Assembly (NCBI GenBank): GCA_028534125.1 | Contig: CM052817.1 | Location: 67,520,001-67,584,000 of the forward strand | Direction: 5' to 3' | DNA length: 64,000 nt | From: Lama glama | Taxonomy: Eukaryota | In this document: positions 61,108 through 64,000 of the stretch, in pieces | How positions within the stretch are numbered: position 1 is the stretch's first letter | Layout: each line of letters starts with the position of its first letter | Notes under the pieces: generated by a model | Seen by the model: only the letters and a program-made list of their open reading frames with translations | The model's database searches: none | What the model was told of the DNA's origin: nothing | Translations under genes and position numbers: made by a program

Positions 61108-62724
61108 GTGAGTCACAATTCCTCAGGCCTCCAGCTTTCTCCTCCCAACTCACAGCAGATGATGGCCTTGCATCCTCCAGAGAGAGAAAATAGAATCAGA
61201 AAAAAACTCTCTGATCCTTCTTTCTGCCATTAAAGTCACAGGCAAACCTCCTCCTGTCTATGGTTAGTCCCTTCACTTCTTTTCTGGCTCTGTCCCTTCC
61301 CATATCCTCTGTGATTTCTCTCCATCAATTACTCCCATCCTTTCGCTCTGTCCGCTGCCCATCAGTACTTAACGTGCTCCACTCTCACTCATTCCAAAGA
61401 AAACCTTTCATCCTCCCCACATTTGCTTTCAAGTGCTGTCCTATCTCTATTATCTGTTCAGAAGCAAACATCTCGAAACTGCCACCCTCCCTGGCTGTCT
61501 CCTCCTCACTTAATTGTTACTCCTTTACATGTCGTACTCAGTATATTCCCAACAACTCCAAAGAAACCAGTGACCTCAATGCCACTAAACCCAGCATGCC
61601 CTTCTCAGCCTTTGTCTTCATGAAATCCTCAGCCGAGGCTGACCCTGCTGACTTCACCCTAACTTCCTGAAACCCCCTACTGCCTCCTTGGTTTACATAA
61701 CTCAATACTCTCAAGTTTTCCCATTGACTCCACGGATGCGCTTCCAGCTGCAGTGGCAGGCTCTGGTCCCTCTGTTCCTTTAACATCTGCCATCCCTCAG
61801 ACTGCGGCCATTGGCACCCTCTGCTCTCAGGTCACACATTCATGGTCTCCCATGGCTGTCCCAGTATGTGCTCATCGCTCCTTGGTGGTATGTAACTCAA
61901 CCCACAAACGCAGGTAGTTAAGAGTTACAACTTATTTGAAATTCCATCTCAGAGATGTTACTCTACAGACTGATGGGGTGGGGGGGGGAACCTTTAGTTC
62001 CTTTAGGGGCCCCAGCAATTAATGCTGCAGCTCTCGGGTCACAGGCATTGGGGTTGGGATGGAGAGCTAAGTAGCACATCCCATACACCCAGACCTCAAA
62101 GATTTCTAAAAAGATCTCCCCTGACTTAACCTACATCTGATGTTCAGGGTCCACCACTTTTCTGCTGTTTCTGTATTATTAAGACACAAGGCCTGGACTG
62201 TCCTCCTACTTGCAGGACAGTCTCCCATAGAGCATCTCCCTTTCTCTCCTCTGCCCCACCTGTTCCTCTGCCACTTTCAATTCCACTTCCCTCCCAGCCA
62301 ACTTCTTCTCATTGTATTCCTCTGAGAAAACTTTCCTTCCCCCCCCCACCCCACCAAGTGTTTCTGCAAACTGAGTCACTATACTACAGCTAATAATGAT
62401 GCAATTAGAAAAATGCTCCCTAAGAATAAACTGTGACTCTAAATTTAATAAAACCATACATCAAATCAGTCAAAAATATTTGTAAAGATCATAGTGATAA
62501 ACACACAGGGAACAATTAATAAATGATAACTATTCACATTTCATTATTTAAAAATAATTTGATACCATATTAAAAATAAATGATGAAAACAAACTTAAAA
62601 CGTGAATGCCAAGTGATGGGTATTGATATTTAATGTTTGGCATAAGGATTTCATACCTAACGACAGTTTAACTGGACAAAAAAAAATCCAGACAGAAAAA
62701 TCACTCAGCTTCTATCAGTGTTTT

Positions 62725-62880
62725 ATGATGAAAAGAACCTTAGAAAGAGAGTCAGATGATTTTGTGCGCCTTTACGTAAAGAACTTAGAAATTCTGAGCC
62801 TGGTTTGTTCACGAGTAAAATGAGAAACCAGACTTGTTTATTTCAAAGGTCCTATCCATCTCCAAAAATGTCTGACATGA
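62725..62880 (+). mobile_element. MIR/MIR3 fragment
   Basis: gaaaagaacct...gagtcagatga...tctgagcctggttt...gtaaaatgag...aaggtcctatcca. Confidence 0.5.
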
Positions 62881-63124
62881 CAAAAATTACTTCAAAGAGT
62901 CACCATCCAGCTTACGACTGAGAGTATCACGAATAACACTGAATCTCTGCCACGTGCCCTCAGAGACTATATTCTCCTCCTTCCCACAAGGAGGATCCTC
63001 AATTCTAAACCTTTTCATGAGTGAATCTATGCACTTGTAAGCAATATATTGCTTACTTTTGGGATCTGAACTTTCTAAAATTGTATCATGCTGTCTGCAA
63101 TTTCTAGGTTTTTTTTTTTTTTTA

Positions 63125-64000
63125 CTCATGCTTATGAGACTGATACATTTGGACGTGTACTAACAATGGGATTTTAACATCTATGTTGATGAATGAGATA
63201 GCTCTATATTATTCTATACTTGCTTTGCCTGTTTGGGTACTGAAGCTTGTACTATATATATAAGTATTATATAATATATATATTTTATACAATAGATATT
63301 TATAATTTCACATGTGCTTATATAAAATGAGGTGGGAAGTGTTTGCCATTTTCTAGAAGATTTTCTGTTTACTGGGAATGATCATATCCCTAAATGTTTG
63401 GCAGAAGTCACATAAAAATCAGCTGGACTTGATATTTTTTTGGTAGGAAGACTTTAAAATACTGATTTAATTTCTAGACTAGTTAGGGTTATTTGGTATT
63501 CTTGTTTTTCCAAGTCACTTTTGGTATGTTATATTTTTCTAATAATTTTATCCATTCTACCTAAGTTCTCCTATTCATTATTCACACTGTTCATCTTATT
63601 TCCTTATCATTTTAACTATTCACTGTAACTACAAGTATGTTTCTTTTTGAGTTACTATTTAATGTTTTTTTTGGAAGGCAGCGATGCTCACCACTATACC
63701 ACCAACGCTGCACTACTTGATGTTTTTTTGATCCATTTTGCCAATGGTTACGTATTTTACTAAATTTTTCAACAATTTATTTTAAGCACATGTATTCCAT
63801 TTTTAAATTTATGTCATATTAATCTATGCTGTTATCTTTATTATTTCTATTTTCTCTGGGTTTATTCTATTGACATTTTTTGAACTTATGGTGAAAAAAA
63901 GCTCATTAATAAGTTTTATTCCAAGTACTTACTGCCATACATTTCCCTCAAAATAGTGGGTAACTCTATTCCAGAAGTGCCGGTGTGTATGTTTTGTATC
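63125..64000 (-). mobile_element. Old L1 ORF2 fragment (runs off the window)
   Basis: taaatgtttggcagaagtcac; aaatactgatttaatttct; tcacttttggtatgttatatttttctaataatttatccatt; reverse-complement homologue of 3650-4250. Confidence 0.75.
63671..63708 (-). pseudogene. Retrocopy of tRNA-Gly(TCC) 5' half (nt 1-38)
   Basis: Minus strand GCGTTGGTGGTATAGTGGTGAGCATCGCTGCCTTCCAA matches recalled mammalian tRNA-Gly-TCC nt 1-38 with about one mismatch; no 3' half; 18-bp TSD at 63654-63671 and 63712-63729. Confidence 0.9.

Larger units (their letters stand above)
60420..61880 (+). mobile_element. L2 internal segment, interrupted by a MER5 pair
   Basis: cacagcagatgatggccttgcatc...agagagaaaatagaa; ccagtgacctcaatgccactaaaccc; cccttctcagcctttgtcttc...cctcagc; explains ORFs 61260-61786. 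Confidence 0.65.

Noticed and set aside
63671..63708. Functional tRNA-Gly gene
   Set aside because: The 3' anticodon stem, T-arm with B box and 3' acceptor strand are absent
1..64000. Host protein-coding genes among the ORF-track entries
   Set aside because: ORFs are short (60-153 aa), often start at non-ATG codons, are compositionally biased or lie in repeats, and none resembles a protein family I know apart from the ERV-L pol remnant

Overview
Mammalian non-coding DNA, AT-rich and CpG-depleted. Two tRNA-Ala-derived SINEs resemble the camelid Vic-1 family, so the host is probably an alpaca, llama or camel. I recognise no host protein-coding exon, rRNA, intact tRNA gene or CRISPR array. The ORF-track entries are chance ORFs or repeat-derived; one (56365-56646) is a recognisable ERV-L pol remnant. 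A large share of the window is interspersed repeat: old and younger L1, L2, MIR, a CR1/L3 relic, MaLR/ERVL/ERV1 LTRs, a decayed ERVL provirus and hAT/Tigger DNA transposons, many nested or with readable target-site duplications (TSDs). Family names come from recalled consensus sequences, not a database search, and repeat boundaries are approximate unless TSDs are quoted. I find no convincing new biological system. Best leads: (i) a tailless retrocopy of the 5' half of tRNA-Gly(TCC) with an 18-bp TSD (63654-63729); (ii) an orphan CpG-rich, minus-strand TATA/CACCC promoter-like patch (24901-25380); (iii) a candidate spliced lncRNA (47560-49400); (iv) a DR5/ERRE nuclear-receptor site formed by an 11-bp triplication (39150-39183); (v) a ~30-bp periodic motif array (35817-36005); (vi) a tailless young-L1 patch inside an older L1 (5869-6255).
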